From the IMG/VR virus record IMGVR_UViG_3300030330_004628, positions 6,841 to 70,840 of that record: a DNA stretch of 64,000 nt; one strand, given 5' to 3'. Within the stretch, counting starts at the first letter, position 1; each line of letters begins with the position of its first letter. Shown here one piece after another: positions 20,001 through 27,642 of this stretch. Both the position numbers and the translations under genes were made by a program. This stretch comes from a virus. Taxonomy: Duplodnaviria; Caudoviricetes. A model generated the notes under the pieces. The model made no database searches. It had not been told where the DNA came from and was given only the letters and a program-made list of their open reading frames with translations.

Positions 20001-23000
20001 TACTGCACCATACTGTTGTTCTATATATTCAGCATCTTCAGGCAATATAAATGAACTTGCATCTGTTCTATTAACATCTCCCTTCATAACATCCTTAACC
20101 ATAATAGGCTCAAGTCTTACATTACCCAGGCCAACGTGCATAGCCACAGCCCCTGCAGAACGCTTAATGTAATCCCTTGTGTTTTTAAAATATTCTTTTG
20201 GCCCAATAAATAAGTCTTTGGCATAGTATTTGTTTAAAGCATAGTTTAGGGCTATTTGTTCTATTAGTTCAACATTTTTTATTTCACTACCTGTTTCTTT
20301 TAAAAAGTCCTTTAAATCATTAACATATTTTTTAGTTTTTTCTGGACCAAAAATTTTATCAGACCATTTTTTTGCCTGTTCATTATTATACAAAGGAGCA
20401 TTACTTAAATGTATCTCCATAGACTTATCACTAAAAATAGAAATAGATTGACTGTATTCTTTTTTATTACCCTCTATAGCGCTTTTCATAAGCTCTATTT
20501 GTAGTTCGTGTATTTGATTACCAGTTGACTCTCCCGCATTAAAACCCTCTCTACCTGATTCCGTAAATATTTCTCCGCCCAATATTTGTGTAAGAATAGG
20601 TTTTGTCCCATTCATCATCATTCTTTGCATAATATGGTTGTCGCCATATAGCTCTTTAAACCTTTCTCTTCCTTCAGGTGTTTTTAACATTTCCTCAAAC
20701 TGAGGCATCATATCCATTAGGATATCCATCTGGTGTTTCTTAGATGTAATAGCAGTCTTTTCTCCACCAGGCATTTGATACATGGTTGCAAAGTTCTGTG
20801 CTCTTTGATTTTCTATTATAGCATTACTAACATCTTTAATAGCATATACAGGAGAATATCTTTGACCCTTTTGATTTTTAATAACAAACTCAGTAGTAGT
20901 TCTAGTAAACTTACCATTTCTTATTTGAAACATGCCATACAAAGCTTGTCCTTTTTGTTTTATAATGGGAACTAAACCTTTTGTTGTTTCTCTTTCTTTA
21001 TTCTTTTTTGCAATATCTAAAGACTTTTTTGCAGCAGATATTAGACTGTTTATTTCTTGCTGTGTTGGCGGGTTTTCTAACTTTAATAAATTCTTTCCAT
21101 TAGTTTGTATCCACTTTTTTAAATCATTAGTAGTTCTACCTGGAAAGGCGCTAAATCCTGCAGTGCCAGCAAACAATGTGTCCCCATTATCTTTAACAAT
21201 CTCTTTAACAGAATCTGTTTCCATTAATCCCTCTACACTAATACCACTATTTTCATTCTTTAATCTATCTGGTAAAAGATTATTATATATATATTGAGCA
21301 GCCGCTTCTCTTTTTGCAACCTCACTTATATTACTGTTAAGTTTGTTATGTAAGTCTACAGCTCCAGATATAAATTTAATTTGTTCTGCTTGAGAATCTT
21401 TACCATTCCTCTGCATTTTATTCTGTATAAGCTCTCCAACTTCTACACCCCTTTTTGTTATAGCTTTAGAAATAGATTTACCCTCTACCTGCTCTACACC
21501 TTTAGGTTTAGTAAGTCTAGTAACTACACCATCCTTTCCAATTCTTTGGTTGTAAGTTAAATACTCTATTCTTTTAAAACCTTTTATGTCGTGGTGATGG
21601 TCTCTAACAGCATTGGCTGCATTTAATCCTTTACCTCTATATAAAGACTCTACGTAGTTATAGTATCTTACAAGAGTTTCTTCTCCTATACTTAACTCTT
21701 CCTTGTTTTTAAATTTGTTTTGTAAATCTCTTATTCTACTTACATAGTCGCTTTCAGAAATAAGACCCAGTGCTTTATCGTGTATACCATACCATAGTTG
21801 AGCATTCAAAAACTCCTCACTAGGAGACTTGCCTTGTATCTCCTGCTCTATTCTAACAAACCTCTTAGCCCACTTACCTCTTTGAGATGTGTCTCCATTA
21901 CGATTATCTAAATAGTTTTCTAACCAAACCTCTTGTTCAATAGACTCATCTTCTGTTAATTCTCTTTCAGTGTTGAATATTTTTGATTCAATAAACTGTT
22001 TTTTAATATCACCTAAAGCAGGTCTTTTCCCCTTTTCTCCAGGCTTATCTTTAGTTCCAAAGTAATAGCTTGCTTCAGTTGGTGTAATGCCACCCTCATC
22101 TTCAAGGTCTCTCATTATATCCCATATCTTTTCTGCTGATTCTTCTACATGGTTTCTAAAGTCTTCTAATACAGATGCTTCAATCTTGCCATTATCATCT
22201 CTCTCCATATAATCCATCTCTTCATTATAGAAGTCTTCATACAGTTCTAAAGCAAGTTCTGTTACATTTTTAGCAGGTGTAGTTTCACTTTCCTCTACCT
22301 GCATAAGCTTATCTCCAAAACCTTTTCTATCTCTTCTAAACTCAAACTTACCTTTTCCTGTAAACACTTGAGCATCGTAATCTTTCATTACCTCATCAAG
22401 AATATCTCTAGCATTAGCAAGTTCTTCATTTCCTGTTTTTTCTAATAATTCTTTTTGCTCTGCTTTATTAAATGGTCTTTTTGCTAAACCCCAAATACTT
22501 GTAATAGCTTTTCGAACTCTACCTTTTTTCTTTGGAAGGTCTATTAGTCCATTTAAATCATTGTCGCTTTTCTTTAAAGACATAACTGTTACTACAGCTT
22601 CTTCAATAATAATTCTTTGGTCAGCATCTGGAAGTGGAATTATTTTATCTTTTGCAAGCTTCTTAGTTGCATACTCATAATAATCTTCTTTAAGTTGCTG
22701 ATTACTTTTACCACTGTCTTTATGTCTTTTTATATACTTACTTCTAGAAATTATATCCTTGTTTTCAAAAACTAAATTTTCAAAAGACATTCCATTATTA
22801 AATATAATCCTATCCATATAAAGCATCTTAGCCTTTTGGAAAACAGCTTCACCAAGAACTAGCTTTTTCAAAGCTTTTACAGGAGCACTATCCCAATGCT
22901 CCATAAGATAAACGTGAGCTAACTCATGGAATAAAGTTAATTGTGTAGCACTGCTAGCATCAAGGTATACAGATAGTCCTTGAGCCATACCATAATATCT

Positions 23001-25790
23001 TAAACCACCCTTTGTTTGTGCAAAGAAATCAAACACAACAAGGTTAATACCCTTTTTAGCAAGCCTTTCTCTAAAAACTTTTTCAGCACCAAAATACCTG
23101 TCAGCAACAATCTTACCTCCTATTTTAACCTTATACTTTTTAAGGTCGTCCATTCTACTTTCAACTAAATCTACTATTTCTTTTTTAGTAAGCTTACGCC
23201 TATTTCTTTCTTTCTTTTTAGAGTTAATCTCTAGTTCATTATTATCCTTTACTTTTTTCTTAGCTTTATTTTTTTGTTTCCCTGCCCTATCCTGTTTTGC
23301 TGTTTCTGCTTTTTGTGCTTCTTGTAATGCTTTCTTTTCTGCCTTTAATGATTCTATTTCTTCTTTAACTACTTCTACACCCTCAGGATTAATTGCGGTA
23401 TTTTCAAGATAATTTACTCGCTCATCTATCTCTTCAATTCTTTTCTCTCTTTGCTTAGGGTCAGTTTTTTTAGCCTTCTTTTTATTCTCTTCTATATTAG
23501 CTTCCTTTTTCTCCATCTCATCCCTTAGCTTCTGCTGCTTAACCTCGTTTCTTTTCTTTCTATTTTTTTCATTTATCTTATTAACCTCATCTTGTAAAAA
23601 CTTACGAGCATCTTTTTGAATTTGTTCCATTCCTAAATGGTAGTCGCTTACAGTTTGTTCCTTTAAAGCAACAGCAGATTCTCTTTCAGCTTCAAGAGCT
23701 TCTATTTCTTTTGTTTTTTGATTTATTAACTTGGCGTTTCCATTATCTGGCCTAGCTTCTATTTCTGCTTTTTGAGCATCGTAATTGTCATTAAGGTCAT
23801 TTATACTATTTTGTTCTTGAGCAATAGCATAAGCTAATCTAACAGCCTCTGTTCTAAAACCTTCTCTTACAGGTATTGTTTTAAGAACACCATTTAAATA
23901 TGGTTGTACTGCAGTTTCTGCATCTTCTAATAATTGAAAAGCAGTTTCTATTTCAGCTTTATTAACTTTAAATTCAGTTATATTTGCAAGTAGATGATTC
24001 AATCTAGCTTTACCAAGTTCAATACCCCCTTTACCTAAAGCTACAGATGATAATACAGCGTTTTCTAATACCTCATATCTTCTGTTAACTGTTTTTTCTT
24101 CTTGAGTGAATTCACCACCTTTAGTTCCCTCTTGTTTTAATTTAGCATAAGCTTGAGCAAAAAGATTACCTTTACCACCCTCTTTAAATCCAGAAGCTTC
24201 AACCTTGTTATCTATTACATTAGCTCTTTCAGCCGCCTCATTCCACATAGATTTAACAACACCCCTAGCGCCCATTAAACTACCCATAGCAAAAGACACC
24301 AATCTTGTTTCAGCAACTTCAGGACTATTATAGTAGTCATAATAGCTCATAAACTCTTCATCTTTCATTTTAGCAAGATTAGTTTTTACTCTCCAATCTT
24401 GATAAACCTCTTGAAGCTCCTCCATCTTACCATCTGCAACAGCTATACCACTACTAACAAGTATATTAGTTGCAGCGCTTTTAAATGTCTGACCAGTTTT
24501 AGCCTTCATCATATTACCTAAACCCTTAAGTCTTCCATCAAAAATAGAATACTGAAGAGCATCAACAGCCATATAATAAGAATTATCTCTCATTACCTGC
24601 AAGCCAACTATTGCTGCTTGGTCTTTTGTTAATCCTTCTTCTAATGCTTGTTTGTGAGCTTCTCCTGCAAGAACAGCTCCTTCGGATAAGTTAGCTCCTA
24701 AACCACCTCCAAACCAACTAGCGGTCCCCATTCCTGTGATTTTAGAACCAAAAAATTTCATTCCTATATCTGGACGAGCTTGATATCTAGCTAGCAATTC
24801 TGTAGCTCTTTTTACACCATATTTTTTAACAGCAGCTGGGGCAACCATTCTAGTGTAAGCACCTGCAGCAGCTTTACTTCCAGCTCCACCTGTATAAGCA
24901 AACACTACCATGTTAGGTATTTGTTTAGCAACTTTAGTGAACCAAAAGTCTGGAATTAATAATTGACCATAATCAACTTTTATATTTCCTTCTGCGTCTC
25001 TTTTGATAAATTCTTCTCCATGCTCATCTCTAAATTGCTGTTCAACTTCATCATCAACAGTTTCTAAAGCAGCACCAATACCCCTAAGTGTATCAGTGAA
25101 GGATTTAGTTACATCAATACCTGTAAAATATTCAAATGTTTTATGTAAAGGAATAAGTGGATTTATTAAATTTGGCGCTGATAATTGAAGTTCTTTTCCC
25201 TGTTGATAAGGAGTTCCCTTTGGGTCTCTTTCTTCGTATATACTTTTAGCGCCTGTATCTTCCGCACCTCCTATCATTTCAGAAACAGAATCCGCCCAGT
25301 CAATAACATCTCCTGCTGCAGTAAATATTTGGGAACCTATGCCCGCAACAATACTTCTCCAAGCCATTCCCATGTGAGAAAAATCTTTATTTCCTAATTT
25401 AGAACTATGAGCAGCCTGTCTAACATTATCACTATGATGTTCTGTTATTCCTAATACATCAAAATTATTATTAACACTGCCTTGTTGAGCATAAGCTTGC
25501 CTAGCGGCATCCATTTCATCATAAACTTTAGGAGACTCATATCCCTCCATAACATCTATAGGGTCAAAGGTGTCTGCCTCTATAAAACCATATTGTCCAT
25601 CATCACCTGCTGTAACGGCTGTAGGTGACATGTTTTGTTGAGGAATATTTTTAACATTAACTTCAGGAGACTCAAAAGATTCTGTTTGACCAGAGTCATA
25701 TAGTTCTACCCCTTCTTTTTGTAAGGCCTTGTCTTTAGTAGCCTCAGGGACAGGATTAGCTGCGTTTCTAAAAAAGTTTATATTTGCCAT
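14037..25790 (-). CDS. 3917-aa virion (ejected) single-chain two-barrel RNA polymerase polyprotein with zincin domain
   Basis: GSDLDGD catalytic motif at nt 18924-18938 (aa ~2285), QRIP upstream (nt ~19044-19055), RTDASSFI (aa ~1907), HELAH at nt 22914-22928 (aa ~955), Gly/Ala-rich hydrophobic N-terminal segments; position matches the crAss-like vRNAP locus. Confidence 0.85.
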   Translation of the reverse strand: MANINFFRNAANPVPEATKDKALQKEGVELYDSGQTESFESPEVNVKNIPQQNMSPTAVTAGDDGQYGFIEADTFDPIDVMEGYESPKVYDEMDAARQAYAQQGSVNNNFDVLGITEHHSDNVRQAAHSSKLGNKDFSHMGMAWRSIVAGIGSQIFTAAGDVIDWADSVSEMIGGAEDTGAKSIYEERDPKGTPYQQGKELQLSAPNLINPLIPLHKTFEYFTGIDVTKSFTDTLRGIGAALETVDDEVEQQFRDEHGEEFIKRDAEGNIKVDYGQLLIPDFWFTKVAKQIPNMVVFAYTGGAGSKAAAGAYTRMVAPAAVKKYGVKRATELLARYQARPDIGMKFFGSKITGMGTASWFGGGLGANLSEGAVLAGEAHKQALEEGLTKDQAAIVGLQVMRDNSYYMAVDALQYSIFDGRLKGLGNMMKAKTGQTFKSAATNILVSSGIAVADGKMEELQEVYQDWRVKTNLAKMKDEEFMSYYDYYNSPEVAETRLVSFAMGSLMGARGVVKSMWNEAAERANVIDNKVEASGFKEGGKGNLFAQAYAKLKQEGTKGGEFTQEEKTVNRRYEVLENAVLSSVALGKGGIELGKARLNHLLANITEFKVNKAEIETAFQLLEDAETAVQPYLNGVLKTIPVREGFRTEAVRLAYAIAQEQNSINDLNDNYDAQKAEIEARPDNGNAKLINQKTKEIEALEAERESAVALKEQTVSDYHLGMEQIQKDARKFLQDEVNKINEKNRKKRNEVKQQKLRDEMEKKEANIEENKKKAKKTDPKQREKRIEEIDERVNYLENTAINPEGVEVVKEEIESLKAEKKALQEAQKAETAKQDRAGKQKNKAKKKVKDNNELEINSKKKERNRRKLTKKEIVDLVESRMDDLKKYKVKIGGKIVADRYFGAEKVFRERLAKKGINLVVFDFFAQTKGGLRYYGMAQGLSVYLDASSATQLTLFHELAHVYLMEHWDSAPVKALKKLVLGEAVFQKAKMLYMDRIIFNNGMSFENLVFENKDIISRSKYIKRHKDSGKSNQQLKEDYYEYATKKLAKDKIIPLPDADQRIIIEEAVVTVMSLKKSDNDLNGLIDLPKKKGRVRKAITSIWGLAKRPFNKAEQKELLEKTGNEELANARDILDEVMKDYDAQVFTGKGKFEFRRDRKGFGDKLMQVEESETTPAKNVTELALELYEDFYNEEMDYMERDDNGKIEASVLEDFRNHVEESAEKIWDIMRDLEDEGGITPTEASYYFGTKDKPGEKGKRPALGDIKKQFIESKIFNTERELTEDESIEQEVWLENYLDNRNGDTSQRGKWAKRFVRIEQEIQGKSPSEEFLNAQLWYGIHDKALGLISESDYVSRIRDLQNKFKNKEELSIGEETLVRYYNYVESLYRGKGLNAANAVRDHHHDIKGFKRIEYLTYNQRIGKDGVVTRLTKPKGVEQVEGKSISKAITKRGVEVGELIQNKMQRNGKDSQAEQIKFISGAVDLHNKLNSNISEVAKREAAAQYIYNNLLPDRLKNENSGISVEGLMETDSVKEIVKDNGDTLFAGTAGFSAFPGRTTNDLKKWIQTNGKNLLKLENPPTQQEINSLISAAKKSLDIAKKNKERETTKGLVPIIKQKGQALYGMFQIRNGKFTRTTTEFVIKNQKGQRYSPVYAIKDVSNAIIENQRAQNFATMYQMPGGEKTAITSKKHQMDILMDMMPQFEEMLKTPEGRERFKELYGDNHIMQRMMMNGTKPILTQILGGEIFTESGREGFNAGESTGNQIHELQIELMKSAIEGNKKEYSQSISIFSDKSMEIHLSNAPLYNNEQAKKWSDKIFGPEKTKKYVNDLKDFLKETGSEIKNVELIEQIALNYALNKYYAKDLFIGPKEYFKNTRDYIKRSAGAVAMHVGLGNVRLEPIMVKDVMKGDVNRTDASSFILPEDAEYIEQQYGAVRPVGKHYKFVYYGQNLDNKTLESKVGKRHPFYGKTNVFILTKEFVKDNPNFAPLQRALRARRAQTRRAGTKVVPIIMTESAIKVTGNLGKHYKTVDQLSDLDALAKSQNELFQFSKDGQVEYGLDGSFFGVQTELDKMGSDATLSKQLMFMMYSNAEIKEEVDALMSSLVDAFKSPTDAIFNKYGGNEKTITGEKLNSILKEVLGAVDPDTYGKSTIKLLEDGSLDSGSLEVIESIVRSNIIKKATKMRGPGGLGVQSTDFAVGAELPANSISKSEGLKGYERDLDGNVITPAEVIIDESTAKNLKLTEGDTIIVQRIPTSKMGDGVVCKVKSITKGQGTMVIVSSDVSSILGSDLDGDALHIVGKNKNAREGSSKQKWNDAFDNMADMLMDGRNQVYTESGINALDGVVNNIKKNLKIEAPILDDLSIKDNRDIYLSNREGQKNIGISATYNNAHKILSSSNVLGMELNTKIDGVPVVRSYKDQGKSWLNLAYILNMFLDDANKGFAADLNLNEYTFPTYVDLISRGVELETAVKILQSPIVRNLVKQVQNGEAKSLAALVNEKLDYNNTDAVSIDINTDSLVVDDVMTLISKTNNHNAKQELDAIRKISSLDSNMPETTVEGFELIDSLLILASGDTKSKLDVSQLVSSNKDIETLRRAIFEGNFNVVKDAITFNNPLVQKNFETLLRYADVRRKMDPAFNEHQIVNKIFPIGGDTMGSIENKVTKKGKKQIVESIMARLRVESLFRQGVYGDVFGVTKRVMDSVLESTPLTKEDKTAYLENLNNMFKDGVPLSYLFHDIIGQIDSQKGSENYEFIRNLLRIEKKDEPTGYVTHNETNTQAVTRIVDGQFKNLKREFRKDGEYTIKPNKDVLKNMEPKRVKELFDKLPSDIQDFLYLYEAVENNNRGVNSLFPYLYGKQKSKIIKASTNNIINRSNDSLSDIDVRKSAHSVLLNNKQGVKDVTKVLDYKNTETRAGSIYVNKRLAGFSQIVPGAFVKINLPSNNGHNVEMIYEVFDGGKNVKLSPVLKAGKTSVFDSKSIPSNEKLTREKKDKGAVKMYQLQDEGLVSTHENKPIGKTKDGRNILDHDGKYGSEQMFQLVEEVEFFNEKTELNYADYARQNGVSDINNLSPEDKADLDKAHIKYIQDRTIVEDLTEKYLKKDALGVTELEKRKYSVRRLYLIIKNDINPLDKTASAKLYKEITKIMAAKMAMNSVNRILEINKDLSTEEKADLNNLKIKIEKGEKGYKDISQGDLWFSPDITTAERTEIGEMLKEVDKSEMQYRRELKKLKKKTDDAYNALLKEKFKGKIIPWWMLKAVYMTIPAVRYVKMFNQYIFGNLVEVVEEVGDDGKYYRSLRLKEVAGNNLTKAELNYYNMYTEMTGLFHDHLSIKKGNDGKPVLQRDKQKLYIPQRKASKFEMMINRNLTSSYIAHNYDSSLRDIHVKDESGRVATLGQFIEEAKVDQAYQGLSVNDWSRKNKIKRLVRQAEGHLKSGIDAAKLPAVRYQNTENLTEATRFNRYTRARSKSAEFASSFQIHANLNSYIETNFFYHGLDSKVGKAKGFSYGGAMNLMPIIDGIINYQEFKGNPLAQRWVTELYKNAYLLREGKKSLLSKDGKSTSLDKISEILMGWTMFIGLALKPGVAAFNIAIGKYNEFGRAGWGTMKVGEKRFWGEAYKARGFSNNKVWGITEHFGLISEPTTQTTEGMFGGPFGQLMFMFMTGSEAYIQRAAFVSQLTEAQWNSYKMVDGELVVTNQEVFDTIEKGTDKTPSAQQMKDNVYSVQGRGYTATDQRLVQNYFIVNGLLQFKRWFPTFLMDRVGGEKITRFGEKRIGSWRMTSKFVQDVFHDGNLGDVRKKFGDLKKFEQEAVQKFMRRGAFFMMVGFLAILAGAFDEDDESGVAGELKDLMMDMMLLVNVNKLLYMAGAPMLQTGENIAIGMSQLVSGAKYQRKTERFEAGDLKAKGSFSRTMPMFLRDLIYKKDNK

Positions 25791-25798
25791 GCTTTTTA

Positions 25799-27637
25799 TT
25801 ATTCAGACTGCTCCCCTAATATACGATATCCATTTAATATAGCTTGCATATCACGCTGTAAAGTAGCAACTTCTTTCTTTGTTATTATATTGTTATCCTT
25901 AAACACATTTAAATACCCTGGGATATCTCCTTCTTTTAATTCAGCAACAGCCTGCTGCATAATAGGGTCTTGTGATGTAGTTAATGTTTGTATAAATACT
26001 TGTGGGTCCATTTTATCCTCTGTATAACTTAATGAATGAGCCATAACAGCAGAATAAACAAGAGGGTCAAACTCTTGTATTCCTATTGTTTTCATAGACT
26101 CATCTAGTCCATTATGTAAAGATGTAATAGCTTGTCTTGGATTATCTCCTGTAAAAGAAAATTTTTGACCTGGAGTGTAAACGTATTCGCCTGGTGAAAC
26201 CTCAGCTGCTGTTTTAGCCTTATAATCCATATCACCCACAACATCATCAAACTTTTTAGCCATTCCAGGATTATTCATGTCTATTTCTATATGTATATAA
26301 TCATCTTTTCCTCTCCAAAAACCATCTTGGTCTCTTAAAACCAAAGTAACTACTCCATCTTTTGCTTTGTTTTTATTAAGTTCAGCACCATTCCCCTCTG
26401 CCGTAACATCATCATATGTTAATAATTTTGTTTTACCATTAACTCTGTCTGTTGTAACCTTAAGTCCATATTGGAATCCCATAACTTCTAATCCTCCTCT
26501 TTCATCATAACTACCGCCAAAAGTTTCTCCTAAAGACATAGAGTTTCCGTCTGTATCATATGCTGTTACACCTCCATGTTGTATAAGTTTATTTATTTGG
26601 TCTAAATCAACCCGCATATCATTAGAGTTTAAATCTTTCTTTTCTATATTAAACAAACTAGAAACAAAATCTTTTTCTTGACCATAAAATATTCTAGTTC
26701 CATAAACTGCACTTTCTCCCACTTGGTCAAATATTCCCCCACCAGCACGGTTTCTTAAGTTTTCTAACACTGTGGCGTTACTTCCTGTTTCCCAAAAATA
26801 ATTAAAATCTCCCTGAAACCCTCTATCTAATTGCTCGTTCATTAATATTATTTGGTCACTAGCTTTAACAGAATTAGCTTTAGATATTCTTTCTTGGTCT
26901 CTATGCCCCTCAATAGAATGTTTACCACCCATAGTAGTATTAAGATAGTTTATTAACATATCATTTGTTATACTACCTCCATGAGACACATGAGTATCGT
27001 TTATATTCTTATCTAAAAGATAATTAAATAAAACTTTATCGTGATTATCTTTATGATTAAGATAAGCTTCCCCAACACTATTATATTGATTAATATCTAA
27101 TCCTTCTTTGTCATAATCTAGATATTGTCCGTGAAATATAAAAGCATCATTTTTACCACTTTGCCAATCTTGAAAACCTTGATGGTCTATAGCAGAAACT
27201 AAATGTGGATTTGAATTAACCACATCTAAATATTGAGTTAAAGCTTTATGATTATGTCTTATAGTTTTAGCTTCATCACTCATAAGAACAGCATCTCTAT
27301 AGTTTTTTAAATGTTGCATACCGCCCCCTCTCATAAAGGCAGTGAGGTCGTCACCATAAAATTCTAATTGAGATTTAATTTCAGCTTCAGCATCTGAAGC
27401 AACAGTTTGCATTTTTTGTAAATCTTGAGGCCTGTAATGTTTTGCTAATTGTTCTGCTTGAGCATTTATTTGGTCAAGATGATTTTGAACTTTCATCTCG
27501 TTTTGTTGTTCCAACAGCTTAGCTTGTTGCTCAATTTGAAAAGCTTTAAGTTTATTTTGCTTTTCTTGTTCAGCTCTTTGTCTACCTCTTTGTGCAGCAG
27601 AAGCCCAATTTCCAACTATTCTTTGATAATTTGCCAT
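25799..27637 (-). CDS. Putative ejection/cargo protein
   Basis: 612 aa, helical Q/E/K-rich N-terminus; lies immediately upstream of the vRNAP gene. Confidence 0.55.
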   Translation of the reverse strand: MANYQRIVGNWASAAQRGRQRAEQEKQNKLKAFQIEQQAKLLEQQNEMKVQNHLDQINAQAEQLAKHYRPQDLQKMQTVASDAEAEIKSQLEFYGDDLTAFMRGGGMQHLKNYRDAVLMSDEAKTIRHNHKALTQYLDVVNSNPHLVSAIDHQGFQDWQSGKNDAFIFHGQYLDYDKEGLDINQYNSVGEAYLNHKDNHDKVLFNYLLDKNINDTHVSHGGSITNDMLINYLNTTMGGKHSIEGHRDQERISKANSVKASDQIILMNEQLDRGFQGDFNYFWETGSNATVLENLRNRAGGGIFDQVGESAVYGTRIFYGQEKDFVSSLFNIEKKDLNSNDMRVDLDQINKLIQHGGVTAYDTDGNSMSLGETFGGSYDERGGLEVMGFQYGLKVTTDRVNGKTKLLTYDDVTAEGNGAELNKNKAKDGVVTLVLRDQDGFWRGKDDYIHIEIDMNNPGMAKKFDDVVGDMDYKAKTAAEVSPGEYVYTPGQKFSFTGDNPRQAITSLHNGLDESMKTIGIQEFDPLVYSAVMAHSLSYTEDKMDPQVFIQTLTTSQDPIMQQAVAELKEGDIPGYLNVFKDNNIITKKEVATLQRDMQAILNGYRILGEQSE

Positions 27638-27642
27638 TTTTA

